From Myxococcota bacterium (GTDB taxonomy: Bacteria; Myxococcota_A; UBA9160; UBA4427): a stretch of 64,000 bases of DNA. The stretch covers positions 7,690 to 71,689 of the forward strand of contig JAQWNI010000253.1 of the NCBI GenBank assembly GCA_029268645.1, in the 5' to 3' direction. Shown piece by piece: positions 27,847 to 37,162 of this stretch (its first letter is position 1; the number at the start of each line of letters is the position of its first letter). The notes below the pieces were generated by a model. The model was not told the origin of the DNA. It made no database searches and saw only the letters and a program-made list of their open reading frames with translations. Position numbers and translations under genes: made by a program.

Positions 27847-28224
27847 TCAGCTGGGCAACAACGCGTCGACCCGATCGAGCACGATGCTGATCAACGCATC
27901 GTGCTCGCCGAGATGAGAGGTCACATAAATCGTGATATCGGGATGTCGCTCTCGAGCCTGCGCGACCAACTCGGGAATGGTTTCTGTGAGGTGACGCCCG
28001 TCGGCTAAGAAGAAGGGGTGCACGATAATCTCTCGAGCCCCTTGTGCGACGCAATCGGCGATGACATCGGGCACAAAGGGTGGAGCGATCTCCATGTGGG
28101 CCCAGCGCACCACCAGTTCCGGACGACGCAGCTGGACCTTCTCGGCGACCCGGCCTACCGCTTCGTTGGCCTCGGGGCGACGGCTGCCGTGGTCGACAAT
28201 GAGGATTACACGTTCAGCGGACAT
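27847..28224 (-). CDS. Short CbiX/SirB-family tetrapyrrole chelatase
   Basis: VDHGSRR, AHME, PFFL..GRH...IP, HLG. Confidence 0.88.
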   Translation of the reverse strand: MSAERVILIVDHGSRRPEANEAVGRVAEKVQLRRPELVVRWAHMEIAPPFVPDVIADCVAQGAREIIVHPFFLADGRHLTETIPELVAQARERHPDITIYVTSHLGEHDALISIVLDRVDALLPS

Positions 28225-28230
28225 GGCGGC

Positions 28231-28521
28231 CTACCAATACGAGGTGGTGACCGTGATGTTCGCCGAGATGCCTGTTCGACAGGCGAGGCGCAACCCGTCG
28301 TCAACCCGGTTCCGAGCCTTGACTCGCCTCTCGGACTCGGTTTCTGGGGCCAAGCTTGGATCTTGGTTCACGATTCGCATGCCGCAGCGGCCGCAGACGC
28401 CTTCTCCTGAGCAAGAGGAGGCCAGCGGTAGACCGGCTTGGCGGGCCGCCTCGAGCAGCGTCGTCCCAGCGGGCACCTGGATGCTTTGGTCGACGGGGAG
28501 GAAACGGACAACGGGATTCAT
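28231..28521 (-). CDS. 2Fe-2S ferredoxin
   Basis: CSGEGVCGRC...RLAC. Confidence 0.88.
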   Translation of the reverse strand: MNPVVRFLPVDQSIQVPAGTTLLEAARQAGLPLASSCSGEGVCGRCGMRIVNQDPSLAPETESERRVKARNRVDDGLRLACRTGISANITVTTSYW

Positions 28522-28602
28522 GCCGAAAGCATAGGTAAACACCGGAAGCTCGGCAGCGGGCGCCGATTAGCCGCCGGCCCCGGCCTTGGATACGCTCCTC
28601 GA

Positions 28603-29328
28603 ATGCCGAACGCTGGGCTGCTCGTCATCGGAAATGAAATCCTCTCCGGGAAGATCGTCGATACCAACTCGCCGTATCTCGCCGGCGAACTCCGTGCGCT
28701 GGGTGTAGATCTCGAGCGAATTTTGACAATTCCTGATGAAATTGATGTGATCGCTCACGAGGTGCGCTCGATGAGTGAGCGATACGACCACGTCTTTACG
28801 TCGGGCGGCATCGGGCCGACCCATGATGACGTGACGATTGATTCGATCGCCCAAGCCTTTGGCCGCGAGGTGGTTTGCAGCGAGTCACTGCTCAAGCGAA
28901 TCGAGAAGGGACAAGAGAAGCCTTTGAACGAGGCGATGCGAAAGATGGCGCTGTTGCCGGAAGGCGCGACCATGATCGATGCCGGAGACCTCTGGTTTCC
29001 CGTGATCTGCGTCGAGAATGTTTATATCTTTCCCGGTATCCCAGAGCTGTTCCGAAAAAAATTCGATTCGATTCGTGAACGATTTAGCGGGGTCCCAGTT
29101 CAGCTGACGCGATTTTTTGTCACCCGATATGAGAGTGAGATCGCCGAAGACCTCCACGGTCTACTACGACAGTTCCCGGAACTCATGCTCGGATCCTATC
29201 CTCGGATTAGTGAAAAGGACTATCGGGTGATGCTGACCCTTGAAAGTCGAGATCCGGAATACCTGAAGCGAGCCGTTGAGGCTCTGCGCTCCATGTTGCC
29301 TGCGGATGTGATCCGCAGAGTCGAGTAG
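28603..29328 (+). CDS. CinA-N / molybdopterin-binding-fold protein (COG1058, FAD/ADP-ribose pyrophosphatase-like)
   Basis: IGNEILSGKIVDTN, SGGIGPTHDDVT, PGIP, GSYP. Confidence 0.88.
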   Translation: MPNAGLLVIGNEILSGKIVDTNSPYLAGELRALGVDLERILTIPDEIDVIAHEVRSMSERYDHVFTSGGIGPTHDDVTIDSIAQAFGREVVCSESLLKRIEKGQEKPLNEAMRKMALLPEGATMIDAGDLWFPVICVENVYIFPGIPELFRKKFDSIRERFSGVPVQLTRFFVTRYESEIAEDLHGLLRQFPELMLGSYPRISEKDYRVMLTLESRDPEYLKRAVEALRSMLPADVIRRVE

Positions 29329-29358
29329 CTCCTGGACCCCGCCAGCCACGATCCGCTC

Positions 29359-29772
29359 ATGAAGTGGCTGGCCTATGGGCATCCCGTGTTCATGACCGGA
29401 GCGCTTGTTTTGGTGGGAGTGGCCTTTAAACGTGGACTCGCTCTCAGAAAGAGGCGGCTGGCCGGTTTGCCACGGGAGCGGGCGCAGCGGCTGGCGCATC
29501 GGTCCGTAGCGCGCTGGGGGGCGGGATTGGTGATCCTCGGTTCAATTAGTGGTCCGGTGTCCGCCATCTATTTGAGGGGCTGGTCCCCGCTCGGCACGTT
29601 TCACGGATGGCTTGGCCTGATGGCCGCGATCCTTTTTGCGGTGACGGGGTGGTGGGGTTGGCAGTTGGATCAAGGCGCCTCGCGCTCGGTGTCGGCCCAC
29701 GGATGGAGCGCTTTGCTGGCGGTGGCGATGGCGGCCCTGGCCGCTGCGGCGGGAATGGTCCTATTGCCCTGA
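29359..29772 (+). CDS. Four-helix membrane protein with conserved His (DUF4079 / cytochrome b561-like)
   Basis: Four hydrophobic segments with His in GHP, AHR, FHG and AHG. Confidence 0.6.
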   Translation: MKWLAYGHPVFMTGALVLVGVAFKRGLALRKRRLAGLPRERAQRLAHRSVARWGAGLVILGSISGPVSAIYLRGWSPLGTFHGWLGLMAAILFAVTGWWGWQLDQGASRSVSAHGWSALLAVAMAALAAAAGMVLLP

Positions 29773-30708
29773 ATCGCGATGGACTTCGTTTTGGATCGGG
29801 GGGACGGACTTCAGGTAGTCCGCGATGCCCTCACGGTCCGGACGCGACATGTCGGAAAAACCGTGCTCGATCAGCTCGGCCATTAGACCCTGGGTATCAT
29901 CGCCGTCAGGCTTGAAGCCTGTTTCGAGATACCAGACGAGATCAGCGGTCGACCAATCCCCGATGCCCGTTGCATCGTCTGGCGTGATGTTAGGTGCGAG
30001 TTCGCCCTCGGGTCCTTCCGCAGACCCCGCCAGCCAAAGTCCACGATCCAAGCCGCCGGTCAGGGTTCGGGGCGTATGGCATTCGCCGCAGTGACCGGGA
30101 CCGTTGACGAGGTACGCCCCGCGATTCCAAGCGGCACTTTGGGTCGGGTCTGGGACTTGACGGCCCGGCTTGAAGTTCAACCACTTCCAAGCGGTGATGG
30201 TCCACCGCCAAGAAAAGGGAGCCGGGGCCTCCGGGGCTTGGTTCGACCGTTCGATTGGCGGCACGGTTTTCAGAAACGCGAAAAGATCTCTGAGGTCGCT
30301 GTCAGACATCTTTGTGAAAGCCGTGTAGGGGAAGATCGGAAAGTAGTTGTGCCCTTCCGGTGAGAGACCCTCTTGCATGGCCCGCAGAAAGTCATCTTGG
30401 GTGAACCCTCCGAGGCCGGTGGTTGGGTCGGGGGTAATGTTGCTGCTGTAATAGACTCCAAAAGGAGTCGACAAGGCACGTCCGCCGGCGAGCCACGGCG
30501 CATCGGCGCCTTCTTCGGGGTAGTTGGTGTGGCAGGAGCAGCCCCCCGCCGATTCAAAGACCCGTTGCCCCCTCTGCGCGGCGGTCAGATCCCCCTCGGC
30601 TCCCGCCACGGGTGCGACCAGCCACGCCAGCAAAAGGGCAAAAAGCGCCGACGGGCCGATCGACCCGCCGGCGACTCGTTCTTGCTTTGGGAACCCCAAC
30701 GGCGTCAC
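29761..30708 (-). CDS. Dihaem c-type cytochrome (gluconate/alcohol dehydrogenase cytochrome-like)
   Basis: Signal peptide; GGCSCHT, TPFG..YSSNITPD..TG, FPYT, GHCGECHTPR, APNITP. Confidence 0.88.
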   Translation of the reverse strand: MTPLGFPKQERVAGGSIGPSALFALLLAWLVAPVAGAEGDLTAAQRGQRVFESAGGCSCHTNYPEEGADAPWLAGGRALSTPFGVYYSSNITPDPTTGLGGFTQDDFLRAMQEGLSPEGHNYFPIFPYTAFTKMSDSDLRDLFAFLKTVPPIERSNQAPEAPAPFSWRWTITAWKWLNFKPGRQVPDPTQSAAWNRGAYLVNGPGHCGECHTPRTLTGGLDRGLWLAGSAEGPEGELAPNITPDDATGIGDWSTADLVWYLETGFKPDGDDTQGLMAELIEHGFSDMSRPDREGIADYLKSVPPIQNEVHRDSGQ

Positions 30709-31184
30709 TTATTCTTGTAGGAATCTTTCTTGGGCTTCCTGAATGTCTTGTGACAACTGCCGCAGCTCTTGCCCAGGGTTTTGACCCGGGGCCCGATCTG
30801 GGCATCGTTGCCCTCAGCCACGGCCGCCGCCAACTGTTCTGCGGCCTCCCTCATCTCATCCGTTGCCTCGGCGAAGGCGTCGGTCTTTTGCCAAATGTCG
30901 GGCAGGGCGTCGGTCTGCCCGTTTTCGGCCCGCTGACTGAACGCCGAGGCGACCAGTCGTGCGTTCGTCGCGATGGCCGTGGCGTGAAACTCGATGTTTT
31001 TAGTCAGCGGGAGTCCATTCTTCAGAATGTCTCCGATTCCCGCCATGTCGGCGCCGATGGCTGACATCACGGATTGCCGGTATTGGATCCAGGCTTCGTC
31101 ATCCGCCGCCTGCGCGGTGGGGGCTCCCAGGAATCCCCAGGCGCCGATCAGTAGCAGTCCCGTGATCCACGGGCGGCGATTCAT
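30705..31184 (-). CDS. Cytochrome c' / c556 (class II cytochrome c)
   Basis: Signal peptide; YRQSVM, ALPDIW, C-terminal CGSCHKTFR. Confidence 0.9.
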   Translation of the reverse strand: MNRRPWITGLLLIGAWGFLGAPTAQAADDEAWIQYRQSVMSAIGADMAGIGDILKNGLPLTKNIEFHATAIATNARLVASAFSQRAENGQTDALPDIWQKTDAFAEATDEMREAAEQLAAAVAEGNDAQIGPRVKTLGKSCGSCHKTFRKPKKDSYKNK

Positions 31185-31390
31185 GGGCCGGTTCTTGTCC
31201 GTCGAAACGATGCGAAGTGACAACTCTTCTCTCCTGTGATGGGCGATTCATTGTGCTGCTTCGGTGGCGCGTGACCGAGAGGGCCCTCGGTCGCCGAATC
31301 GAATCCTACCGTTCCCCCGGCGCTCTGCCGCCTCCCCGGCCATTTTTTGCCGGAGTTTGCTGGAGCCTGGGGACCAATCGGGCTAGGGGC

Positions 31391-32491
31391 TTACTCAGGC
31401 AGCGGAGGAAGGACGTCGACGGCGCGCTGCCTCAGCCAGTGGTCGGCTAGGACCAGGGCCACCATGGCCTCGACGATGGGGACCGCTCGGGGCAAAACAC
31501 AGGGATCATGTCGGCCGCTTGCCTCCAAGGTGACCGCTTCGCCCTCTCGATCCACGGTCTCTTGGGCCACGCCGACTGTCGCCGTCGGCTTGAAGGCCAC
31601 TTGGAGCTCGATGGGGGCGCCGTTGGAGATGCCCCCCTGGATGCCCCCGGAGCGATTGCTGGCCCAGACCGGGTTTCCCGCTTCGCCGGGTTTCATGGCA
31701 TCATTGTGTTGGCTGCCGGTCAGCGCGATGCCTCGGAATCCGCTGCCGACCTCGAAGGCCTTGGCGGCGGGCAGTGAAAGCATGGCGGCGGCCAGCTCGG
31801 CATCCAATTTCTGAAAAATGGGCTCGCCGAGTCCCGGAGGTACGCCCCGGGCCACGCAGCCGACGATCCCGCCCACGGAATCCTGGGCTCGGCGCACGGT
31901 GTCGACCCTTTCGATCATTTTCTCTGAGGCTTCGGGGTCCGGGCAGCGTACGAGGCTTGCCTCGACCTCGGCCCTTTGCACCGATTCGGGTTCGACTTTG
32001 GCGTCGATGTTTTGGACCTTCTGGACCCAGGCCACAATTTCGATGCCTGCGACCTCGGCAAGCAGCCGGCGGGCGATGGCTCCAGCCGCCACGCGACCGA
32101 TGGTTTCCCGTGCGCTGGAACGCCCGCCGCCATGCCAGGCCCGAATTCCGTATTTGGCCTCCGTCGTCCAATCTGCATGAGACGGCCGGTAGACATCCTT
32201 GAGATGCTCGTAGGCACTCGGCCGGGCATCTTGATTGCGAACCAGCATGGCGATTGGGGAGCCGAGCGAATGCCCTTCAAAGACCCCCGAGAGAATTTCA
32301 ACGCGATCCGCTTCTTGCCGGGGTGTGGTCAGCCGGCTCTGACCCGGACGTCGTCGGTCGAGCTCTTGCTGGATTTCCTCGACGTCGATTCGCAGGCGAG
32401 GCGGGCAGCCGTCTACGACTACGCCGACTCCGCCGCCGTGGGATTCGCCAAATGTCGAGATTCTGAATCGTTCTCCGAAACTACTGCTCAC
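31391..32491 (-). CDS. aroC: Chorismate synthase
   Basis: [45 protein letters not shown]. Confidence 0.96.
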   Translation of the reverse strand: MSSSFGERFRISTFGESHGGGVGVVVDGCPPRLRIDVEEIQQELDRRRPGQSRLTTPRQEADRVEILSGVFEGHSLGSPIAMLVRNQDARPSAYEHLKDVYRPSHADWTTEAKYGIRAWHGGGRSSARETIGRVAAGAIARRLLAEVAGIEIVAWVQKVQNIDAKVEPESVQRAEVEASLVRCPDPEASEKMIERVDTVRRAQDSVGGIVGCVARGVPPGLGEPIFQKLDAELAAAMLSLPAAKAFEVGSGFRGIALTGSQHNDAMKPGEAGNPVWASNRSGGIQGGISNGAPIELQVAFKPTATVGVAQETVDREGEAVTLEASGRHDPCVLPRAVPIVEAMVALVLADHWLRQRAVDVLPPLPE

Positions 32492-32578
32492 GTCTTCCAC
32501 CCCCGGATCCGCCGGGTTTCCCTCCCATAAAGATAGCGCCGGATTGAGCCCGCCCCCCTCTCCCTCTCACGCGGTACC

Positions 32579-33271
32579 GTGGGCTCTGTGACAGAAGACA
32601 ACGATCCGCAAAACCGCTTGCTCGGCCCGTCAGAGACCCGGGCCGATTCTTGCCTTAGGGTGCGGTGCTGGACCTGCTACAAGCCCGAGAAGCTATGTCT
32701 CTGCGGCCGAGTTCCGAAGGTCGATAACCAGACGCGGATTATCTTGTTTCAGCATCCGCGAGAGCGGTTTCATGCGATTGGCACAGCGCGCCTTGCCCGC
32801 TTGGGTCTCTCGAACCTTCACTTCGAGATTCCGAGTGCTCCGCTCACGCGCAGCCTCGCCCTGCCCTCCGACGTTCCTCCGGGCACGGGATTGCTCTTTC
32901 CTGGACCCGGTGCTGCAGATCTGGCGACTTTGTCGGCCCCGGAATGCCCCCGTGGCCTAGTCGTTCTCGATGGCACTTGGGGGCAAGCCGGCAAGCTGTA
33001 CCGGGCCAATCCCTGGCTCGAAAGTCTGCCCCGATATGCCTTGTCGCCCGCTGCGCCAAGTCGGTATCGGATCCGTCGGGCGCCTCGGGCCCAGTTCATT
33101 TCGACCATCGAGGCCATCGTCGAAGCCCTGCGGATTCTTGAGCCGGACACCGCCGGCTTGGAGGGTCTGCTGCAGGCGTTCGACGAGATGATCGAGGAAC
33201 AGATGGCTTTTTCCCATCGTGCGCCTCGGCTTCCCCTTCGCAAAATTAAGCGTCAGGACCGGCGCGTCTAA
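32579..33271 (+). CDS. tapT: DTW-domain tRNA-uridine aminocarboxypropyltransferase
   Basis: C..C.....C.C, QHPRE, LLFP, LDGTW, SRYRIR, STIEA. Confidence 0.85.
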   Translation: MGSVTEDNDPQNRLLGPSETRADSCLRVRCWTCYKPEKLCLCGRVPKVDNQTRIILFQHPRERFHAIGTARLARLGLSNLHFEIPSAPLTRSLALPSDVPPGTGLLFPGPGAADLATLSAPECPRGLVVLDGTWGQAGKLYRANPWLESLPRYALSPAAPSRYRIRRAPRAQFISTIEAIVEALRILEPDTAGLEGLLQAFDEMIEEQMAFSHRAPRLPLRKIKRQDRRV

Positions 33272-33372
33272 GCCAAATACCAACCTGGACGAGGCGGGGT
33301 CCCAACCCGATGGGACCATCCTCTATCATGGGAGGCCCGGGGGCATCCGCTTCCCTGGGACCGGAGGCCGAA

Positions 33373-34581
33373 GTGAAAGACTGGTTGAAAGATGTCCTTC
33401 AAGGACGACCGTGGTGGATGAACGTCCTGATGATTTTTTCGGCCTACATGGCTTTCATCTATGTGCCCTGGGACTTCTTTGTCAAACCCGTCGCCGAGGA
33501 CCATGAGGTCTGGTTTGGCATTACATTTACAGGGGTCTGGGCGAAGTGGCTCGCGATTCCCCATGAAATTGTTTATGCCGGTGCGTTCTATGGATTTCTG
33601 CGTCGGCGCCCTTGGATGGCCGTTTGGGGGCCGCTTTATTTGGCTCAGGTCACGATCGCGATGGCGGTCTGGCCGATCCTGCATGAAGGGGGCGGTCGAG
33701 GCTGGGTGATGGGCGCCGTGGCGGGCGTGCCTTTTGCTGCACTGACCTTCGCTTTTTGGAATGCCCGCGCACACTTTCTGCAAACCGACCGCGCCTTGAC
33801 GGAACGCTATGGGGAATGGGCTCTGGTGACCGGAGCCTCTGCGGGGATTGGGGCGGCCTTCGCCCGAGCGCTGGCTCGGGAGGGTCTGAATGTTGTTGTG
33901 ACCGCCCGCCGCCGGGATCGTCTCGAGGCGCTGGCCAGTGAGATTGAGGCCGATCACCCGGTTCGGACCCGGGTCGTGGACGTCGACCTGACCGCGCCGG
34001 AGGGGCCGGAGCAACTGCTGGACGCAGTCCAAGATCTTCCGATCGGTGTCTTGATCAATAACGCGGGCTTTGGTTATGGCGGGCGCTTTGAGAAAGTCGA
34101 AGCTGAACGATTAAAAGGTATGGTCAACCTGAACTGCCTGGCGCCCAGTGTTCTGACGCATCGGCTGTTGCCCCGCATGCTTCATCGACATCGCGGGGCC
34201 ATCGTGTTCACCGGCTCCGTCGCGGGCCGGCAGCCGCTGCCCCTCCATGGGCTCTACAGTGCAACCAAGGGATTCGATTCACTGCTTGCCGAGGCGCTGT
34301 ACGTCGAGACCCGCGGAACGGGTGTCGATGTTCTGGTTCTCGAACCCGGTACCACGGCGACCGAATTTCAAGAGGTGGCTGGCGAGATTCAACATGGAGG
34401 GGAATCACCCGAGGCAGTTGTCGAGGTGGCGCTCACGGCTTTGGGCCAGCAGCCGACCGTGATTTCTGGATGGTGGAATTGGCTTCGAGCGGTGGTCCCC
34501 GCCCGTTTGTCTCCGCGGTCTTTGGTGGCCTTCATCGCGCGCCACGTGATGGAAGTCCGGATGCCCGCAGACCGGCGGTGA
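33373..34581 (+). CDS. Membrane-domain plus SDR oxidoreductase fusion
   Basis: About 130-aa N-terminal region with four hydrophobic segments, then YGEWALVTGASAGIG, NNAG, YSATK; GGAGG RBS before GTG 33373. Confidence 0.8.
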   Translation: MKDWLKDVLQGRPWWMNVLMIFSAYMAFIYVPWDFFVKPVAEDHEVWFGITFTGVWAKWLAIPHEIVYAGAFYGFLRRRPWMAVWGPLYLAQVTIAMAVWPILHEGGGRGWVMGAVAGVPFAALTFAFWNARAHFLQTDRALTERYGEWALVTGASAGIGAAFARALAREGLNVVVTARRRDRLEALASEIEADHPVRTRVVDVDLTAPEGPEQLLDAVQDLPIGVLINNAGFGYGGRFEKVEAERLKGMVNLNCLAPSVLTHRLLPRMLHRHRGAIVFTGSVAGRQPLPLHGLYSATKGFDSLLAEALYVETRGTGVDVLVLEPGTTATEFQEVAGEIQHGGESPEAVVEVALTALGQQPTVISGWWNWLRAVVPARLSPRSLVAFIARHVMEVRMPADRR

Positions 34582-34627
34582 CACCCAGTCCGCCGTCGAT
34601 ATTTTCTCATGCAATAAGGAGTGTAGG

Positions 34628-35290
34628 ATGAGATCTCCCGACCTTTCCCCGGAAATGCTGGATGGTCTTCGCGAAACCCTCGCGGATTGGGACTATCGGG
34701 CGACCGTGGCCTTTGCTCATTTGTTCATGGAGATTGGCGACCGGGAGGCCATGCAGGGCTACGACGACTTGGTCCTCGGGCATCCTGTGGCCCAAGAGTT
34801 GTTGACGGACCGGTATTTGGCGGACACCCCGAATGTAGGAGAACTCGAAACCCTCCCCGAGGATTCCCTGGGCTACGCCTTCGCGAGATACTTGATTGAG
34901 AATGAACTCGACCCCGCTCTGCTGCGGGAGTCGGCCTTTATTGAGGCCCACGAAAAGCGTGGTGCTGACGTGGGCTATCTCGCGGCTCGCGGTTTTCAAC
35001 TGCATGATCTGTTTCACGTGCTGACGGGGTATGACACGACGCCGCTCGGTGAAGTGCGGGTCGTAAGTTTTACCGTGGCTCAGTTTCCGGCCCCCTACCC
35101 GGCCATGATTATCGGCACGCGTCCCCTTCAGGCGGCACTCTACAAGCCACAACTTCTCCCGATTTTGATGGACGCGATCACCGACGGCTGGGCGCGGGGC
35201 CGGGCTGCGGCCCCCTTGATCGCCGTTCGTTGGGAAGAGCACTTCGAGCGTCCCCTGAAGGAACTTCAAGCCGAGTATGGTCTCGGCTGA
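34628..35290 (+). CDS. Coq4-family protein
   Basis: LPEDSLG..F, HDLFHVLTGYDTTPLGE (HDxxH-x11-E), WEEHFERPL.ELQ. Confidence 0.85.
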   Translation: MRSPDLSPEMLDGLRETLADWDYRATVAFAHLFMEIGDREAMQGYDDLVLGHPVAQELLTDRYLADTPNVGELETLPEDSLGYAFARYLIENELDPALLRESAFIEAHEKRGADVGYLAARGFQLHDLFHVLTGYDTTPLGEVRVVSFTVAQFPAPYPAMIIGTRPLQAALYKPQLLPILMDAITDGWARGRAAAPLIAVRWEEHFERPLKELQAEYGLG

Positions 35291-35357
35291 CTCGTTTTTC
35301 TTAGACACGGTTCGATGGTTCGTTGGGGTTGAATCATGACCGTTCGCGGAGGCATGG

Positions 35358-35969
35358 ATGGCCCGTTCCTATTGGCTCGTGAAGTCGGAACCCTTCAAAT
35401 ATTCTTGGGACCAACTGATTGACGATGGACAGACCTATTGGGACGGCGTCCGGAACTATGAGGCGCGAAATAACCTGCGCGCCATGAAGCTCGGAGACCT
35501 GGCGCTCTATTACCACTCGAACGAGGGTAAGGAAGTCGTCGGGGTCGCAAAGGTTGTGGGAGAGGCTTATCCCGACCCAACGACCGATGAAGACGCCTGG
35601 GTGGTTGTCGATTTTGCTCCGGTCCAAAGAGTGGAGGAGCCGGTCACCCTCGCCGCAATCAAAGCCGAGCCCGCTTTGGCCGAGATGGCGTTGATTAAGC
35701 GGGGACGAATTTCCGTGGTGCCCGTGACTCGGCGAGATTTCGACCGCGTACTCAAGATGGGGCGGACCGTGCTGCGTCCAGGCGCCCGACCCGAGAAGCA
35801 AACTGCCCGCGAAGCGCCGCCGCGGAATACCGCAGCCCGGCGTGCTGCCCTGGCAAAAGCGGAAGCCGGATCGAAAGCGGGGCAAAAGGCGCGCCCCAAG
35901 GCGACAAAGAAAACCTCCGCCAAAAAGAAAGCCGCCAAGAAGGCGAAAAAAAAGGGCGGCGCCCGATGA
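35358..35969 (+). CDS. EVE-domain protein with Lys/Ala-rich tail
   Basis: YWLVKSEP, WDGVRNYEARN, YHS, YPDPT, R.SVVPV; tail KATKKTSAKKKAAKKAKKK. Confidence 0.9.
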   Translation: MARSYWLVKSEPFKYSWDQLIDDGQTYWDGVRNYEARNNLRAMKLGDLALYYHSNEGKEVVGVAKVVGEAYPDPTTDEDAWVVVDFAPVQRVEEPVTLAAIKAEPALAEMALIKRGRISVVPVTRRDFDRVLKMGRTVLRPGARPEKQTAREAPPRNTAARRAALAKAEAGSKAGQKARPKATKKTSAKKKAAKKAKKKGGAR

Positions 35970-36631
35970 AGGTCGATGCTTCCCAGCAAGAGATCGACGA
36001 GATGGGCGAAGCGGTTCCGCTTCTCGAGGGCCTGCGCACCGCTCGGGCGATTCGCAGGCTTCGGCCCGATCCCGTTCCGCACGGTTTAATTCGAAAAGTG
36101 TGCGAAGCCGGGACCTTCGCGCCCAGTGGTGGGAACCGGCAGCCGTGGATTTTCGTGGCCGTCACCGAGCCCGATCGCCGAGCATGGATTGCCGAGCGTT
36201 ACTTGAAAGCCTTTCGAGAGTACATTGCGCCGGCTTTTGAACAGGCCGAGGCGAATCCCGATTTTCCGGCGGCCACCCTACGCAACATGCGCGGAGCGCT
36301 CCATCTGGCCGAGCATCTTCATGAGGCCCCGGTCCACCTCTTCGTGGCGGGTTGGACCCGGCGAGGCGTCGAACAGAGCCAAGCGCTGTTCCCGGCGATC
36401 CAGAATATCTTGTTGGCGTGCCGGGCTGTGGGCTTGGGGGCCTCTCTTACCACGGTACATCGAGCCTTCGGAACAGAAATCGACGGGTATTTGGGTCTTT
36501 CAGAGAAGACTCCGAGCTCGGCCTTGATTCCGATCGGTTGGCCCGAGGGCCGATACGGTCGTCCGCCCCGGGAATCCGTCGACCAGAAGCTTTTTTTCGA
36601 ACGGATTCCGGCCGATCGAACAACGGATTGA
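35966..36631 (+). CDS. Nitroreductase-family flavoprotein
   Basis: RAIRRL, APSGGNRQPW, QNILLACRAVGLG, IPIGWP. Confidence 0.9.
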   Translation: MKVDASQQEIDEMGEAVPLLEGLRTARAIRRLRPDPVPHGLIRKVCEAGTFAPSGGNRQPWIFVAVTEPDRRAWIAERYLKAFREYIAPAFEQAEANPDFPAATLRNMRGALHLAEHLHEAPVHLFVAGWTRRGVEQSQALFPAIQNILLACRAVGLGASLTTVHRAFGTEIDGYLGLSEKTPSSALIPIGWPEGRYGRPPRESVDQKLFFERIPADRTTD

Positions 36632-36652
36632 GAGCGAGAGCAGGCTAACCGC

Positions 36653-37162
36653 TTAACGCTGGTAGCTGGATGCGATGGCGTCCGCGTACTCGTTCCAGCG
36701 GGACCCATCGTGGGCTCGGATCCATTCGAGTTGAACCCGAGGGCGTTCTTGACTGAGCGCATAGAGACGCTGGACCAAATCGAGGTTCTTGATGGGTCCG
36801 CTCTTCCGTTTCCAGCCGCGCTTTTCCCAGCCCGCCGCCCACTGATTGACTGTGTTGACGCAGAGCTGGCTGTCCGAGTAGATCGTGACTTCGGTCTCCG
36901 AGGGCAAGAACTGGTAAGCCTCGATGAGCGCGGTGAGTTCCATGCGGTTGTTGGTCGTTGATGGATCTGAACCGTGCTGTTCTTTAAGGATCTGACCCGC
37001 CTCCACCCAGACGAACCCCCAGCCTCCGGGTCCCGGGTTCGGGTCACAGGAGCCGTCGGTAAATACGCCTGTGTCGGGGCCGCGGGTATAGCGCGCCAGA
37101 ACTTCCTCAGGGTTTAATTGGTCGCCACGATTTCCCGCCAACAGAGTCTCCCTATACGCCAA
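36653..37162 (-). CDS. rnhA: Ribonuclease HI
   Basis: FTDGSC..NPGPGGWG, TTNNRMEL, SDS, KNLDL, W.RAH....NEYAD. Confidence 0.92.
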   Translation of the reverse strand: MAYRETLLAGNRGDQLNPEEVLARYTRGPDTGVFTDGSCDPNPGPGGWGFVWVEAGQILKEQHGSDPSTTNNRMELTALIEAYQFLPSETEVTIYSDSQLCVNTVNQWAAGWEKRGWKRKSGPIKNLDLVQRLYALSQERPRVQLEWIRAHDGSRWNEYADAIASSYQR

